The translations under genes were made by a program, and so were the position numbers. The notes beneath the pieces are model-generated. The model did not search any database, had not been told where the DNA came from, and saw only the letters and a program-made list of their open reading frames with translations. 64,000 nucleotides of DNA from Thermoproteota archaeon (GTDB taxonomy: Archaea; Korarchaeota; JAOZGF01; JAOZFZ01). Within the stretch, counting starts at the first letter, position 1. Each line of letters begins with the position of its first letter. The stretch covers positions 416,001 through 480,000 of the forward strand of contig JAOZFT010000004.1 in assembly GCA_027492035.1 (NCBI GenBank). The letters run 5' to 3'. Below, one piece after another: positions 40,365 to 51,144 of this stretch.

Positions 40365-42143
40365 TCATTTTTCCTCTATCTTCTTAAGTTGTTTATTGTA
40401 CATTTCAATTATTTCCTTCGTGGTAGTTGCTTGTTCAGCTGATTTATCGTCTCTGTACCTTCCAGTAAACCTCGGAAACCTAATTGCTAAGCCAGCATCT
40501 TCTCTAACTGAATTTTTGGCGCAAGTGTGTACAGGGCTTAACGTTATTTCATCACCAATTACTTCAATAACTTTACTTGGGACAAACCAGACGTCTGCAT
40601 CCAACTCAGCCCTAACTCTGGCGTGTCTACTTTCCATTTTGAAAGGGTTCAAAATTTTTGGTAAATTCGATAAGTCCTCATCAGTGAAACCGGTACCGCA
40701 CTTACAAACTGTTTCAAAAACATCCTCTTCAGAGTTGTAGGAAGCAAGCAAAAGCGCACCATAAATTCCTTTCCTTTTCCCTTTGCCGTAGTAAGCTCCA
40801 ACAATCACTAGGTCAACTGGTTCAATCATTTTACTCATGTAAGAACGTTTAAGTTTAATCCATAGAAATTCTCTCTTCCCAGCTCTATAAATTGATTTTT
40901 CAGATATGTCCTTAGCTATTAATCCTTCACAACCATCCTCTATAGCCCTTAAAAAGAAGTTTTCCATTTCTTCAGGACTTGAAACAATTTCTGACTCAAC
41001 AATTTTTGTTCTTTCCCCTTCAGAAAGAACTTTCCCTAAAACCTCTCTCCTCTCCAAATAACTCCTGTTTGTTAAGTCCTCACCATCAACGAATAAACAC
41101 TCAAACACCATAAGGGAGACAGGGTACTCTCTTAAAGCTTCCTGAATTCCGTACTTTCTTCTCCTATGCATTAGTTCCTGGAAAGGCCTTAATTCCCCTG
41201 TTTCAGGTTCAACAGCTACACATTCAGCTTCAAATATTGCAGTATCAGCTTTAACATGTAGTTTAGTCAGTTTAACAACGTCAGGATAATGGAAAGTGAT
41301 GTTTTCAAGTCTTCGAGAAAATATGGAAACGTTATCTCCAACTTTATGGATTTGCATCCTTTCTCCGTCATATTTATACTCAACAGCGCATTTTCCACCC
41401 ATTTTCTCCAAAATTTCTTCTGGCGAAGCAAGCCTCTGAGCTAGCATAGGTCTTAAAGGAATACCTGGATGAACCCTAAACTCTTTCAATCCATCCAAAC
41501 CCTTAGAGGCAACTGTTTCAGCTACAAGACCTAAGTCGCTGGAAATATTATAAGCTCTCTCTAAAACAATTCTTTGATCCCTTGAACCCAAGAAATGTAG
41601 AGCTAAAGCCTCTAGAATAGTGGCATCAGCTACTCCCAGCCTTAATCTACCAGTCACGATTCTGAGAATGTATTTACCCTCCAAAGGAGAAGCTTTCATT
41701 AATAAACCGGCTAAAATGTCTAATTTAATATCTTGAGATTTTTTACCTGAAGCCCTAGCTATCTTATCTAACCCATTATAAACCTCCTTAAGCTCCAAAT
41801 CTTCTTCTTTACCAAGAAAAGACAAAAGAGAAGACTGAGTTTTAATTCTTAAAGCCTTTTCGCAAGTTAAACCTAAATCACCTGTTTCAACAAACCAACT
41901 ACTCAATTTCTTCAAACTAATCCCTGTAGCTCTTTCTATACCTCTTAAAGCCAATTTATCAGCTATGCCAATCTCTAAACCAACATAGTCAGGATGAAGT
42001 TTTCCCTGCAATAAATTAACCAACCACTTTATTTCATTTACAGGAGTAACCTTAAACAAATCCACGATTAGATCAATCATTTCCAACCTTTTGGTAGTAG
42101 CTTCGATCCTGTTACAGAACTCAGCGAAAATCTTAAACTTCAT
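40365..42143 (-). CDS. lig: ATP-dependent DNA ligase
   Basis: PMLA, EYKYDGERMQIH, EGLIAK, WIKLK, KCGTGFTDE, IRFPRF. Confidence 0.97.
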   Translation of the reverse strand: MKFKIFAEFCNRIEATTKRLEMIDLIVDLFKVTPVNEIKWLVNLLQGKLHPDYVGLEIGIADKLALRGIERATGISLKKLSSWFVETGDLGLTCEKALRIKTQSSLLSFLGKEEDLELKEVYNGLDKIARASGKKSQDIKLDILAGLLMKASPLEGKYILRIVTGRLRLGVADATILEALALHFLGSRDQRIVLERAYNISSDLGLVAETVASKGLDGLKEFRVHPGIPLRPMLAQRLASPEEILEKMGGKCAVEYKYDGERMQIHKVGDNVSIFSRRLENITFHYPDVVKLTKLHVKADTAIFEAECVAVEPETGELRPFQELMHRRRKYGIQEALREYPVSLMVFECLFVDGEDLTNRSYLERREVLGKVLSEGERTKIVESEIVSSPEEMENFFLRAIEDGCEGLIAKDISEKSIYRAGKREFLWIKLKRSYMSKMIEPVDLVIVGAYYGKGKRKGIYGALLLASYNSEEDVFETVCKCGTGFTDEDLSNLPKILNPFKMESRHARVRAELDADVWFVPSKVIEVIGDEITLSPVHTCAKNSVREDAGLAIRFPRFTGRYRDDKSAEQATTTKEIIEMYNKQLKKIEEK

Positions 42144-42479
42144 GATACGCCCCCAAAAAAGGTCTCAAAATTCCTCCTATATATAAAAAAAGGGAATCCT
42201 TTAAAAATTTTGGAAGAGCCACTTACCATAAATTTTTCCATGGTTAAGAGTTAAGCAGCTGGCAATTTTAAGAAAGTTTCATTTAGTTATTAAAAAGCTC
42301 TCTTGCTTGTTACGAGGGAGTGGGTCATGGAAACAAGGGGACATTTAAGCCATCTGTTCCTTATCCTTCCTTTCCTCAAGTACATTTTGGTAACTGTAAA
42401 CCTGTACAGCATTAAATTTTTAAATAACACTTTTGAAATATTCCTAAGAACAAGAACTTACCTCAAAAACATAGAAAAT

Positions 42480-42606
42480 GCACCGGTAGTCTAGCCAGGA
42501 AGGACTCCAGCCTGCCAAATCAGGCACTTGCAGAACGCTGGTGACGCGGGTTCAAAATCTATAAAGAGTGAAATACTCTTTATGGATGAAATTCCCGCCC
42601 GGTGCA
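42480..42606 (+). tRNA. tRNA-Gly(GCC) with two introns: 18 nt at 37/38 (42518-42535) and 36 nt at 59/60 (42557-42592)
   Basis: GCACCGG/CCGGTGC acceptor; CTGC/GCAG and TTCA/TGAA central helices; 73 nt after removal. Confidence 0.92.
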
Positions 42607-43140
42607 TTTCTTTTTTCTTCTCTCTCGCTACTTCCATTTAACCTTTTTAATGGTTCCGCCAATAAATTTATCCTTGGAACCTTTGTATAGGCTGCTGAAT
42701 TTTTCTGCATCCTTTTCCTTCCTTATAGTAAGAAAGAATAACTCCAAAAATATTGTTCATCTTATGCAAAGAAACTCAGTTGCGGTAGCTGAGTTCAGAG
42801 AAAGGTACAATTAATAAAGCAGTATAAGGTGAAATGTATAACATGACTGTTAAACAAGTAAGGTTCTTCCCGTAACATGTCTCCAATGAACTCTTAGGGT
42901 TATGCAACTTTTTGGAGGAGGAAATGTTGCGGAAGTTGTTTTTTTGAAGTTGATAAATCAATTCTTTTGGCACTACTTTTAAATAGTACTTGAATGGTTA
43001 TGAAAGGGAAAGTTTTCTTATTTTCATAAGAGAAGTTAAAGGATTGGAGGTGTGATTACTCTATTTTTAAAAAGCTTCTTGAAAAGTCTCTACTTTCTTT
43101 GTTTCCAAAAGTGTTAAAATAGTTTTTGGAGGTGTTTTTA

Positions 43141-44850
43141 TTGGGGGGAGAATCAAAGGTTGACGGTAATAGAAATGGTTACGTTATAGTTACAGCTGCT
43201 TTGCCCTATGCTAACGGTGAAATACATTTGGGCCATGTTACTTCTACTTATTTGCCTGCCGACATATTTAGCAGGTACCTTAAACTCAAGGGAAGGAAAG
43301 TGCTTTACATTTCTGGAACTGATGATCATGGCACTCCCATCCTGATTCAAGCTGAGAAAGAAGGAATTCCTCCTGAGGAATTAGTGAGGAAATGGCTTTC
43401 AAGGGATATTGAGGATTTTTCTAAACTTGGTATAGAATTCAGTATCTTCTATAAGACTCATTCACCCGAAAACATTGAGTTAACCCAACGTTTTTTTGAA
43501 AACATTTATAAGAAAGGATTTATTTTTAAACAAGAAATTGAGCAATGGTATTGTGGAAATTGTAAAAGGTTTCTTCCTGATCGTTACGTCGTAGGCACTT
43601 GTCCCTTCTGTGGTGCAGAGAATCAATACTCTGACGGTTGTGAAGTTTGTGGAAGGGCATTTCCTTCCTACATGATTAAGGAACCTAAATGTATTGTTTG
43701 TGGATCTACCCCTTTCCTTAAAGAAAGCATTCATTACTTTTTTAAATTGTCAAGTTTCTCAGACCAGTTGAGGGGGTGGTTGGTAAGTAATAGTAACTTG
43801 CAACCAGAAGTCAGAAATTATGTTCTAAAATGGATTGAGGACGGATTAAAAGATTGGGATATAACTCGAGACATCAGTTGGGGTGTTCCTATCCCTCTAA
43901 ATGAAAAAGATGCTGAAGGTAAAGTTCTTTACGGCTGGTTTGACAACCATTTAGGGTACATAGCTTTCACTTACAAATACTTCCGTGACCATATGGGGGA
44001 AGAAGTAGATACTAGAAAGATTTGGAATTCTTCAGTTATTTACCACTTTATCGGAAAAGATATTGTTTATCACCATTACCTATTTCTTCCAGCTATGAGA
44101 ATGGCTGAAGGGAGCTTTAAACTTCCAGATTACCTCCCTACCAGGGGGCATTTGCTCCTTCAAAACGAGAAATTCTCTAAAAGTAAGGGTTGGTACATTA
44201 GTTTAAGAAATTTCCTTGAAATCTTCCCGCCTGACTACCTAAGGTTTTACTTGGCTCTAACAACTCCCTACAGCCAAAAAGATGTAAATTTTGACTGGGA
44301 CGATTTTCAATTAAAACTGAACAACGAGTTAATAGCTAACATAGGAAACTTCATTCATAGAGTTTTAACCTTTACATACTCATACTTTGAAGGAATAGTT
44401 CCTGAACCTTCAGAAATGGAAGAACTTGACTTAAAATTTGTTGATGACTTAAAACAGGCAGTGAGGGATGTTGGAGAATTAATGGATGAAATAAAACTTG
44501 ATAAAGCTTTGAAGAGAATACTGGATTTCTCAACAAGTTGTAACCGTTACTTCCAATCCAGTGAACCATGGGGCAAGAGAGATAAAGGGAAAACATGTAT
44601 TTATTTATCTATAAACGCTGTAAGGACACTTTCAATTCTACTTTGGCCCTTTATCCCTTTTACAATAGAAAAATTATGGAATACCTTAAACATTCCTAAA
44701 TCCTTTAGAAACTCTAGTTTAATCAGTTGGAGCTCGGTTTCAGAACTAAAAATAAAGCCAGGCCATAAAATAAACAAACCTTCTGTGCTCTTTAAAAGGA
44801 TGGATAAGGAAATAATGGAACAGAAAGAAAAATTCAAAAAGAAACATTAA
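43141..44850 (+). CDS. metG: Methionine--tRNA ligase (no C-terminal tRNA-binding domain)
   Basis: ALPYANGEIHLGH, GTDDHG, Zn knuckles, WDITRD, FIGKDI, KFSKS. Confidence 0.96.
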   Translation: MGGESKVDGNRNGYVIVTAALPYANGEIHLGHVTSTYLPADIFSRYLKLKGRKVLYISGTDDHGTPILIQAEKEGIPPEELVRKWLSRDIEDFSKLGIEFSIFYKTHSPENIELTQRFFENIYKKGFIFKQEIEQWYCGNCKRFLPDRYVVGTCPFCGAENQYSDGCEVCGRAFPSYMIKEPKCIVCGSTPFLKESIHYFFKLSSFSDQLRGWLVSNSNLQPEVRNYVLKWIEDGLKDWDITRDISWGVPIPLNEKDAEGKVLYGWFDNHLGYIAFTYKYFRDHMGEEVDTRKIWNSSVIYHFIGKDIVYHHYLFLPAMRMAEGSFKLPDYLPTRGHLLLQNEKFSKSKGWYISLRNFLEIFPPDYLRFYLALTTPYSQKDVNFDWDDFQLKLNNELIANIGNFIHRVLTFTYSYFEGIVPEPSEMEELDLKFVDDLKQAVRDVGELMDEIKLDKALKRILDFSTSCNRYFQSSEPWGKRDKGKTCIYLSINAVRTLSILLWPFIPFTIEKLWNTLNIPKSFRNSSLISWSSVSELKIKPGHKINKPSVLFKRMDKEIMEQKEKFKKKH

Positions 44851-45380
44851 ATTATTCCTAAAAGTTCAAGATACATCCTTTTCTCTATTTTATTCCTCTC
44901 TAAACCAAGCATTTCAAAAACTCTATAGATTTCCTTCCTCCCCTTCTCTATATCCCTCCTTTCCTTGCTTTCAATTTCTAAGAAGAAACCTAATCTATCC
45001 ACATAAACTATATCAACTATTGTGTTGTTTAATTCGTAGGTTCTCTGTTTCTTCTTTTTTATTCCTAACTCAATAAATCCAAGTCTCCGAAGGACTTTCT
45101 TCATCTTTTTAGGATCTGGAATTTCTAGTTCAACTTCCCTCTTAGCTTCATCAAATCCTTTACGCGGCTCTTTATAAGTTAAAAAACTTTTCTTTACATC
45201 CCCAGCCTTAACTTTCCTAACCCTTATCTCTCTCTTATTAGCGGTTAAGTTTAGTTTAGGGTGGTCGTAGTAAGTATCTATAATCTCTTTTTCCCCTATT
45301 TTCTTCCCGTTTAAATTCTTTATTTTTTCTTCAACCTCTTCAGGGTTTTCAAGCCAAGCCTTAATTTCTATTTCGTACAT
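44847..45380 (-). CDS. CYTH-domain protein (class IV adenylate cyclase-like)
   Basis: EIEIK, DTYY, IRVR, LTYK, REVE, LGFFLEIE. Confidence 0.88.
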   Translation of the reverse strand: MYEIEIKAWLENPEEVEEKIKNLNGKKIGEKEIIDTYYDHPKLNLTANKREIRVRKVKAGDVKKSFLTYKEPRKGFDEAKREVELEIPDPKKMKKVLRRLGFIELGIKKKKQRTYELNNTIVDIVYVDRLGFFLEIESKERRDIEKGRKEIYRVFEMLGLERNKIEKRMYLELLGII

Positions 45381-45383
45381 TCT

Positions 45384-46325
45384 TCACCACTTAACAATGT
45401 TTGAAAAATATTTCTCCCCCTCCGAATAAATTTGATACTTGTCATATCTTGGCGACCTGTGGACGAGAATCAATTTTTTAACATTTGCTTCTGAAGCTAT
45501 TTGTGCAGCGTCTTTAACAGTTAAATGTTTATACTCCTCTGCTTTATCTCTCCTATCCTCTAAATAAGTTGCTTCGCTGATTAAAATTTCAGCTCCTTCA
45601 GCAGCTTTTACCACATTTTCACAAGCCTCAGTATCCCCGGTGTAAACAACTTTTGAGCCAGGTGTTTCATAGAAATAATCCCTTATCTCTACTTCCCTTC
45701 CCCTTATTTTAACAGGTACCCCTTTCATTAATAGAGGAATGTACTCTTTAGGTATTCTATCTTCTTCAACTTTTTCCTTGTCAATGCACAGCATCTTTTT
45801 CTCCTCTATTATGTAGCCAAGGTTGAGTACTGTATGCTTCGTTTCAAAAGGTTTCACAACTACGTGTTTGAAGTTTATTTTTTCGTCAGGTTTAACTGTT
45901 TTCACTTCTACGTTCTCCCAAGTTTTTGTCTCTGCGATAAATAAAGTTACTTTGCCTTTAACTGTTTCGGGGCAAAAAATTTTGATTTTGTGATTTTTAT
46001 AAGCCATTCCTATGTAGTAAAGTAAGGAACCTAAACCATAGAAATGATCAGGGTGGCTGTGGGTAATAAAGACAGCGTTGAGACGGGAAAAACTAAACTT
46101 TTTCTTAACTAAAGCAATTGTTGCCCCGTCTCCGACGTCAAAAAGGAAGTTTAAACCGGTTGTTCTATACAGTATTGAAGTGTTTACTCCAGCTATTGAG
46201 TCACCGACTACTTCCACATGCACCTTCTCCACCTTTCTCAAGCCAATATGGACAGAAAAACCTTTTAAAAAATAAGTCCTTGAGATAAAAAGGTTACAAC
46301 TCTTTAATTTTATTTCCTCCTTCAA
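45384..46325 (-). CDS. rnz: Ribonuclease Z-like metallo-beta-lactamase (true start probably downstream)
   Basis: LFDVGDG, THSHPDH, YTGDT, EATY, HLT, LILVHRSPRY. Confidence 0.8.
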   Translation of the reverse strand: MKEEIKLKSCNLFISRTYFLKGFSVHIGLRKVEKVHVEVVGDSIAGVNTSILYRTTGLNFLFDVGDGATIALVKKKFSFSRLNAVFITHSHPDHFYGLGSLLYYIGMAYKNHKIKIFCPETVKGKVTLFIAETKTWENVEVKTVKPDEKINFKHVVVKPFETKHTVLNLGYIIEEKKMLCIDKEKVEEDRIPKEYIPLLMKGVPVKIRGREVEIRDYFYETPGSKVVYTGDTEACENVVKAAEGAEILISEATYLEDRRDKAEEYKHLTVKDAAQIASEANVKKLILVHRSPRYDKYQIYSEGEKYFSNIVKW

Positions 46326-46356
46326 TTCCCCATAAGTATTTTTGAGGCGTACGCTT

Positions 46357-47697
46357 ATGAAGAAACAGGATTTCCTTTACCTTCCCCTTCTCCTTTTTAT
46401 GGGTTCCATTTTATTTTATTTTGCCAGTTTCACAGGTTTAACCTATGACGGTGGATTGTATGCCTCGCTCGGCCTCAGTCTTTTTTCTGGGGAGGGATAT
46501 GTTTTTAATGGTTTACCGGGTGATGTGCCGCCTCTTCTTCCTCTTCTTTTATGTTTAGGGTTTCTGTTGTTCGGAAGTGAAGGTTACCGCTATGTAGTTC
46601 CTTTCTTTTCCCTGATAGGGTTGATTTCTTTTTATTTAGTGCTTAGAGATAAAATGGATGAGAAAGCAATTTTGTTATGTGTTTTGATTTTCTTCTTTAA
46701 CCCTGTTTTTCTTGAGGTAGCTACGAATGTTGCTACTGACTCCCTCATTTTAACTTTCGTTTTCTCAGCTTTACTTGTTGCCGAAAAATTTAAAGTTTCT
46801 TTTAAAAAGTACTTTTTAATGGGTTTACTCTTCAGTTTCGCTTTTTTAACCAAATATAGCGCCCTCCTTCTCTTTGCCCCTGTTTTTTTCCTAGTTTTAA
46901 GGGATAATGATAAGAAAATTCTGGTTTCGCTTCTTGTTTCAACCTCGTTTATTTCACCATGGATTTGGTGGTGTTTAGAAAATTGGGGAGTTCCTTTAAA
47001 GTCTCATTCAACCTACCTCCTAAATTATTTGTTTATGAACTTTCCAAGGTTTTATAGGGTCATAATCCCTTTACTTATCAAATATTCTCCAGAAACTGTT
47101 TTCATCCTTGGTTCTATATTTTTCTCCCTAGAAACTAAACGTTCATGGAGGAGGGTTTTGAGGAATGAATGGTTTCAATTCTTAATTCTTCCCTTGCTCG
47201 CTGTAGCTGTTTGGAAAGATAAAGAAATAAGGTACTTGTTACTTAGCTTTGCGGCATTAACCGTGGGAGCTTGCAAATTGGTTGACATCTTCAGGTTGAA
47301 AAAGAAAATTTACCTGTTCCTGATTTTGCTTTTGGTTGCTTCTTTGTTTTTTCAAGCTAATCAAGGATTAAAAATAACCTACGGTTGCGCTTTAGATTAT
47401 AAACTTCTAGAAGATGCTGGTTTATGGCTTAAAAAGAATGTTCCGGGAAATGTCTCGGTTTTGACTCAGTCCTACCGCCAAATGCATTTCTTTTCAGGGA
47501 AAATAACTTATCAGTTCCCGAGAGATAAAAACAGGGTTTTCCGCTACATTAAAGAAAAGAATATCTCATACATAGTAGTTGACACCTACGAAAAAACAAC
47601 CCCCTCTTACGCCTATTCCTTGTTTAAAAACTTTAAAGTAGCAGCTTCTTTCCAAGATAAACATGGGAAAGTAATTATTTACTGCCTAAATCCGTAA
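46357..47697 (+). CDS. GT-C fold membrane glycosyltransferase (ArnT/PMT-like)
   Basis: YDGGLY, PPLLP, TDSL, AFLTKY, KEIRYLL; many TM helices. Confidence 0.75.
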   Translation: MKKQDFLYLPLLLFMGSILFYFASFTGLTYDGGLYASLGLSLFSGEGYVFNGLPGDVPPLLPLLLCLGFLLFGSEGYRYVVPFFSLIGLISFYLVLRDKMDEKAILLCVLIFFFNPVFLEVATNVATDSLILTFVFSALLVAEKFKVSFKKYFLMGLLFSFAFLTKYSALLLFAPVFFLVLRDNDKKILVSLLVSTSFISPWIWWCLENWGVPLKSHSTYLLNYLFMNFPRFYRVIIPLLIKYSPETVFILGSIFFSLETKRSWRRVLRNEWFQFLILPLLAVAVWKDKEIRYLLLSFAALTVGACKLVDIFRLKKKIYLFLILLLVASLFFQANQGLKITYGCALDYKLLEDAGLWLKKNVPGNVSVLTQSYRQMHFFSGKITYQFPRDKNRVFRYIKEKNISYIVVDTYEKTTPSYAYSLFKNFKVAASFQDKHGKVIIYCLNP

Positions 47698-47705
47698 GAA
47701 AACCT

Positions 47706-49244
47706 TCATTTTTGTGCAAATAGGTATTTTGACCATTTCAGGTAATACCTCTTTATCACAGCATCCCCTGTGAAATCGTATAGTTCCTTTAAAAGTTTAA
47801 CATGGTACTGATGGTAATGAGGCTTCGCAACATTTCCTTTTGCATCATAAAGGGTTGTATTGTTGGAGTCATATTCCTTCAAATGTTTCTTTGCTTCATT
47901 AAACCCTTTCAAGAATAAATCATAAGCTTTCATGTTCCCTGTTTCGTTATAGTAAATATAAAGCCCTTCCAAAGAAGTTAGAAAACCGTTTAAGACGTAA
48001 TTTTTTGAACCTGGATACTCAGCAAACCACCATTCATGGTTTCTATCCGTCTCCCTTACCCCACCGTTCTCTGATTTAACATAAAAGCTGTTCAGCACCG
48101 AATCCCCTATCTCCAATAATTGTTCATACTTTGTTAACTTGTACGCATGCGCCAAAACTTCCAAATATAGACCTTGAGCCATTCCCGAAATCCATGGAGG
48201 ATTTAAACCCGCATAAGGGAAACGGAAATAATACTCTAAGCAGGTAAAACTTAACCCTCTTTTCCCCACATCCAGTACTGTTTTATAATCCTTAGTTAAG
48301 GCCTCAACTTTATCTATAGTTAATTCATTGCCTGTTATACTTTTCAAAATTATAAACTGGTTTATATACTCCCCTTCCATGCTCCACTTCAAGAAATAAC
48401 TTGGTAATTTGAATGAAACAGTAACCCATTGATTAGTTGAGTTACATCTGAAGAACCCTAAAGAACCGAATCCCCTGTTTGTTAATGTCTCAACTTCATA
48501 TTCTCCGTTGCCTTCATCCAAGAAGTAAATTTTTATTTCATAACTTCTGTTCCGTCGAAGTTTTAAGTAAACTCCTCCTTCTCTTCCTTCGTCTAAAAAC
48601 AGGGTTCTAACGGTTCTGTTCTGTAAAATGTAGGGTTCACTCCACCAATATCTTGGAAGGTTAAAAACTATGTGGTTCTCCCCTCCCAAATCATAGGCTT
48701 CCCACCTTAAAACTTGGTAATTTTTTAACCAGTCCAGCCCTTCAAAGAAAAAGGTTAGGTACTCCTTTCTATGCCTGTCGAGGTAGTCCTGGTAGCAACC
48801 TAGTGTAAACCAAGTAACTGTCTCCGGGTTGAATTCGAGTTTTTCCCTCCCTTCTAAATTATACAAAACGGCTAAAAAATTTTCATCATCTATTTTAACA
48901 ACTTCTTTTGAACTAATTATTGCTAATCCATGCCCACTTAAAGATTTTTCCCTCCACTCCTCCAATATCCCCTTCTCTTCTTCAATAATTTTTGTTAAGT
49001 TGGTGTTTAAAGACTCAGTTTTTAAAATATTTATTTTTCTTTTTAAAGAGGCCATTCCTTCTTCTAAACAAATCATCTTATTGTTAACTCTTTTCTTCTC
49101 CACTTTAACCCTTAAATATTCCATTTCATTTTCAAGTTTATTTATCCTCCCTCCAAAAAAGTAAAGTATCAGAAAAAATTGTAAGAAATTAAGTGAGATA
49201 AGGGTGATCACAAGCATTAAGAGAAATTTCTTGTTTAGTTTCAT
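47706..49244 (-). CDS. D-glucuronyl C5-epimerase family protein, membrane anchored
   Basis: WISGMAQG, WFAEYP, YVLNGFLTSLEGL, YD...YHQYHVKLL; N-terminal TM plus coiled coil. Confidence 0.8.
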   Translation of the reverse strand: MKLNKKFLLMLVITLISLNFLQFFLILYFFGGRINKLENEMEYLRVKVEKKRVNNKMICLEEGMASLKRKINILKTESLNTNLTKIIEEEKGILEEWREKSLSGHGLAIISSKEVVKIDDENFLAVLYNLEGREKLEFNPETVTWFTLGCYQDYLDRHRKEYLTFFFEGLDWLKNYQVLRWEAYDLGGENHIVFNLPRYWWSEPYILQNRTVRTLFLDEGREGGVYLKLRRNRSYEIKIYFLDEGNGEYEVETLTNRGFGSLGFFRCNSTNQWVTVSFKLPSYFLKWSMEGEYINQFIILKSITGNELTIDKVEALTKDYKTVLDVGKRGLSFTCLEYYFRFPYAGLNPPWISGMAQGLYLEVLAHAYKLTKYEQLLEIGDSVLNSFYVKSENGGVRETDRNHEWWFAEYPGSKNYVLNGFLTSLEGLYIYYNETGNMKAYDLFLKGFNEAKKHLKEYDSNNTTLYDAKGNVAKPHYHQYHVKLLKELYDFTGDAVIKRYYLKWSKYLFAQK

Positions 49245-49449
49245 TCAGAACCACTACTTTCTAGGAAGTAAATTTTTAAAAGGAAAGGCCTTTTCCCTGT
49301 TAAGGTTCTCACCAACAAAATTTTTGTGAATACCCCAATTCATTTAATTTAAAACTTATAAAGTCTACCTCTTTACGCCCCCCCCCTTATTTAAAAAAAC
49401 TGAAGTAAAGATTTTAATTAAAAATATTAAAGAAAGGAGGAAAGGAACA

Positions 49450-50937
49450 TTGCTTTCAACCAAACAAAATAAATTAATGGCTGTTTTGACAAAAAGAGGA
49501 TTCATTTTCCCTTCTTTCGAAATATATGGTGGAGTAAGCGGCTTCTACGACTACGGAGACCTTGGAACGAAACTTAAAAGGAAAGTCCAAAACATTTGGT
49601 ACAACTTATTTGTGGCAGAAGAAAATGCTTTCGAAATAGACACAAGGACCATTTTGCCGAAACCTGTGCTCCAAGCAAGTGGTCACCTTGAAAAATTCAC
49701 AGACCCTGTTGTGCAGTGTCAAAAATGCAGAGGAGTTTTCAGGGCAGATCACATAATACAAGATAAACTGGGAATTATTGTGGAAGGGTTTCCTGCAGAA
49801 GAACTGGATAAAATAATTAAGAAAAACGATTTAAGATGCCCTAAGTGTTCAAGTCATTTATCTAAAGTGACAGAGTTTAATTTACTCTTTAAAACATTTA
49901 TAGGGCCTGAGCAGAAAGAAAGAGAAGCCTTTTTAAGGCCTGAAACTTGTCAGGGACATTTCTTGCTTTTCAAAAGATTGTTTCAACTAAATGGGAATAA
50001 ACTACCACTCTTTGTTGCTCAAATTGGGAGATCGTACAGAAATGAGATTTCGCCGCGGGGAGGCCTCATAAGACTTAGAGAGTTTGATCAAATGGAACTT
50101 GAAATATTTGTTGATCCAGAAAAAAAGACTCATCCCAACTTTAAAAAATATGAAAAAGTTAAATTGAAAGTTAAGCCTCTTGATTCAGAAGAGAAGGAAG
50201 TAACTTGTAAAGAATCTGTAGAAGGGGGAATTGTTTCGCATGAACTAATGGGTTACTCCTTAGCCAAATCCAAAGTTTTCTTCAGAGAAATAGGAGTACC
50301 TGAGAAACATATAAGGTTTATTGAACTGTCAAAGGATGAAAGGCCTTTTTACGCCTTAGAAACCTGGGATACACAAATTTGGAGCGAAACATTTGGTTGG
50401 GTAGAGGTTACAGCTAACAACGACCGCGGAGCACATGACCTAGAATCCCACATGAGGGGAAGCGGTGAAAAATTAACAGTTAGAAATGAAGAAGGAGAAG
50501 AATTTATCCCTCATGTGATAGAAATGAGTTATGGGTTAGACAGGCCCATCTACTGCTTACTTGAATCTGTTTTTGTTGAAAATGATGGAAGGAACTGGAG
50601 CTACCTTAAACTAAATGGGAAAGTTGCACCTATTGAAGTAGCTGTTCTTCCCGTGGTTAATAAAGAGGAAATGGTTAAGAAATCTCTTGGGATATACAAT
50701 AAATTAAGAAAGAAATTTAATGTTAAACACTTGACAGGTTATGTTGGGAAGAATTACGCTAAAATGGATGAAATAGGTGTACTTTACTGTGTAACGGTTG
50801 ACGGGGAAACTTTTAAAAACAACACAGTAACTATAAGGGATAGAGACTCAAGGAAACAAGTAAGAGTTGGAGTTGATGAGTTAAATCAAATATTGGAAGA
50901 TTTAGTTTCAGGAAAGAAAAATTTCGAAGAACTATGA
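49450..50937 (+). CDS. glyS: Glycine--tRNA ligase (alpha2 type)
   Basis: RGFIFPSFEIYGG, ASGHLEKFTDP, LRPETCQG, RNEISPR..LIRLREF, PHVIE. Confidence 0.96.
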   Translation: MLSTKQNKLMAVLTKRGFIFPSFEIYGGVSGFYDYGDLGTKLKRKVQNIWYNLFVAEENAFEIDTRTILPKPVLQASGHLEKFTDPVVQCQKCRGVFRADHIIQDKLGIIVEGFPAEELDKIIKKNDLRCPKCSSHLSKVTEFNLLFKTFIGPEQKEREAFLRPETCQGHFLLFKRLFQLNGNKLPLFVAQIGRSYRNEISPRGGLIRLREFDQMELEIFVDPEKKTHPNFKKYEKVKLKVKPLDSEEKEVTCKESVEGGIVSHELMGYSLAKSKVFFREIGVPEKHIRFIELSKDERPFYALETWDTQIWSETFGWVEVTANNDRGAHDLESHMRGSGEKLTVRNEEGEEFIPHVIEMSYGLDRPIYCLLESVFVENDGRNWSYLKLNGKVAPIEVAVLPVVNKEEMVKKSLGIYNKLRKKFNVKHLTGYVGKNYAKMDEIGVLYCVTVDGETFKNNTVTIRDRDSRKQVRVGVDELNQILEDLVSGKKNFEEL

Positions 50938-51144
50938 ACCTTCACCCTTCAAGGGACGTGTAACCTTCCACAATTGAAACCTTTTTGGCAAGAAGTTCCA
51001 TGTTAGGTACTTCCTTCTTGAAAATATTTAAAAGAAAGACTTAGAAAAGTTTTTTAGACCATTTACTTTTTTTAAAAAACTAAATGAGAGGAGAAGGAAA
51101 AGAAGCTGTTAAGCACGGTAGTGAAAAGGTTAAGAAGTGTTAAT

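Noticed and set aside
42607-43125. Short ORFs downstream of tRNA-Gly as an integrated element
   Set aside because: No recognisable protein motif, att repeat or integrase
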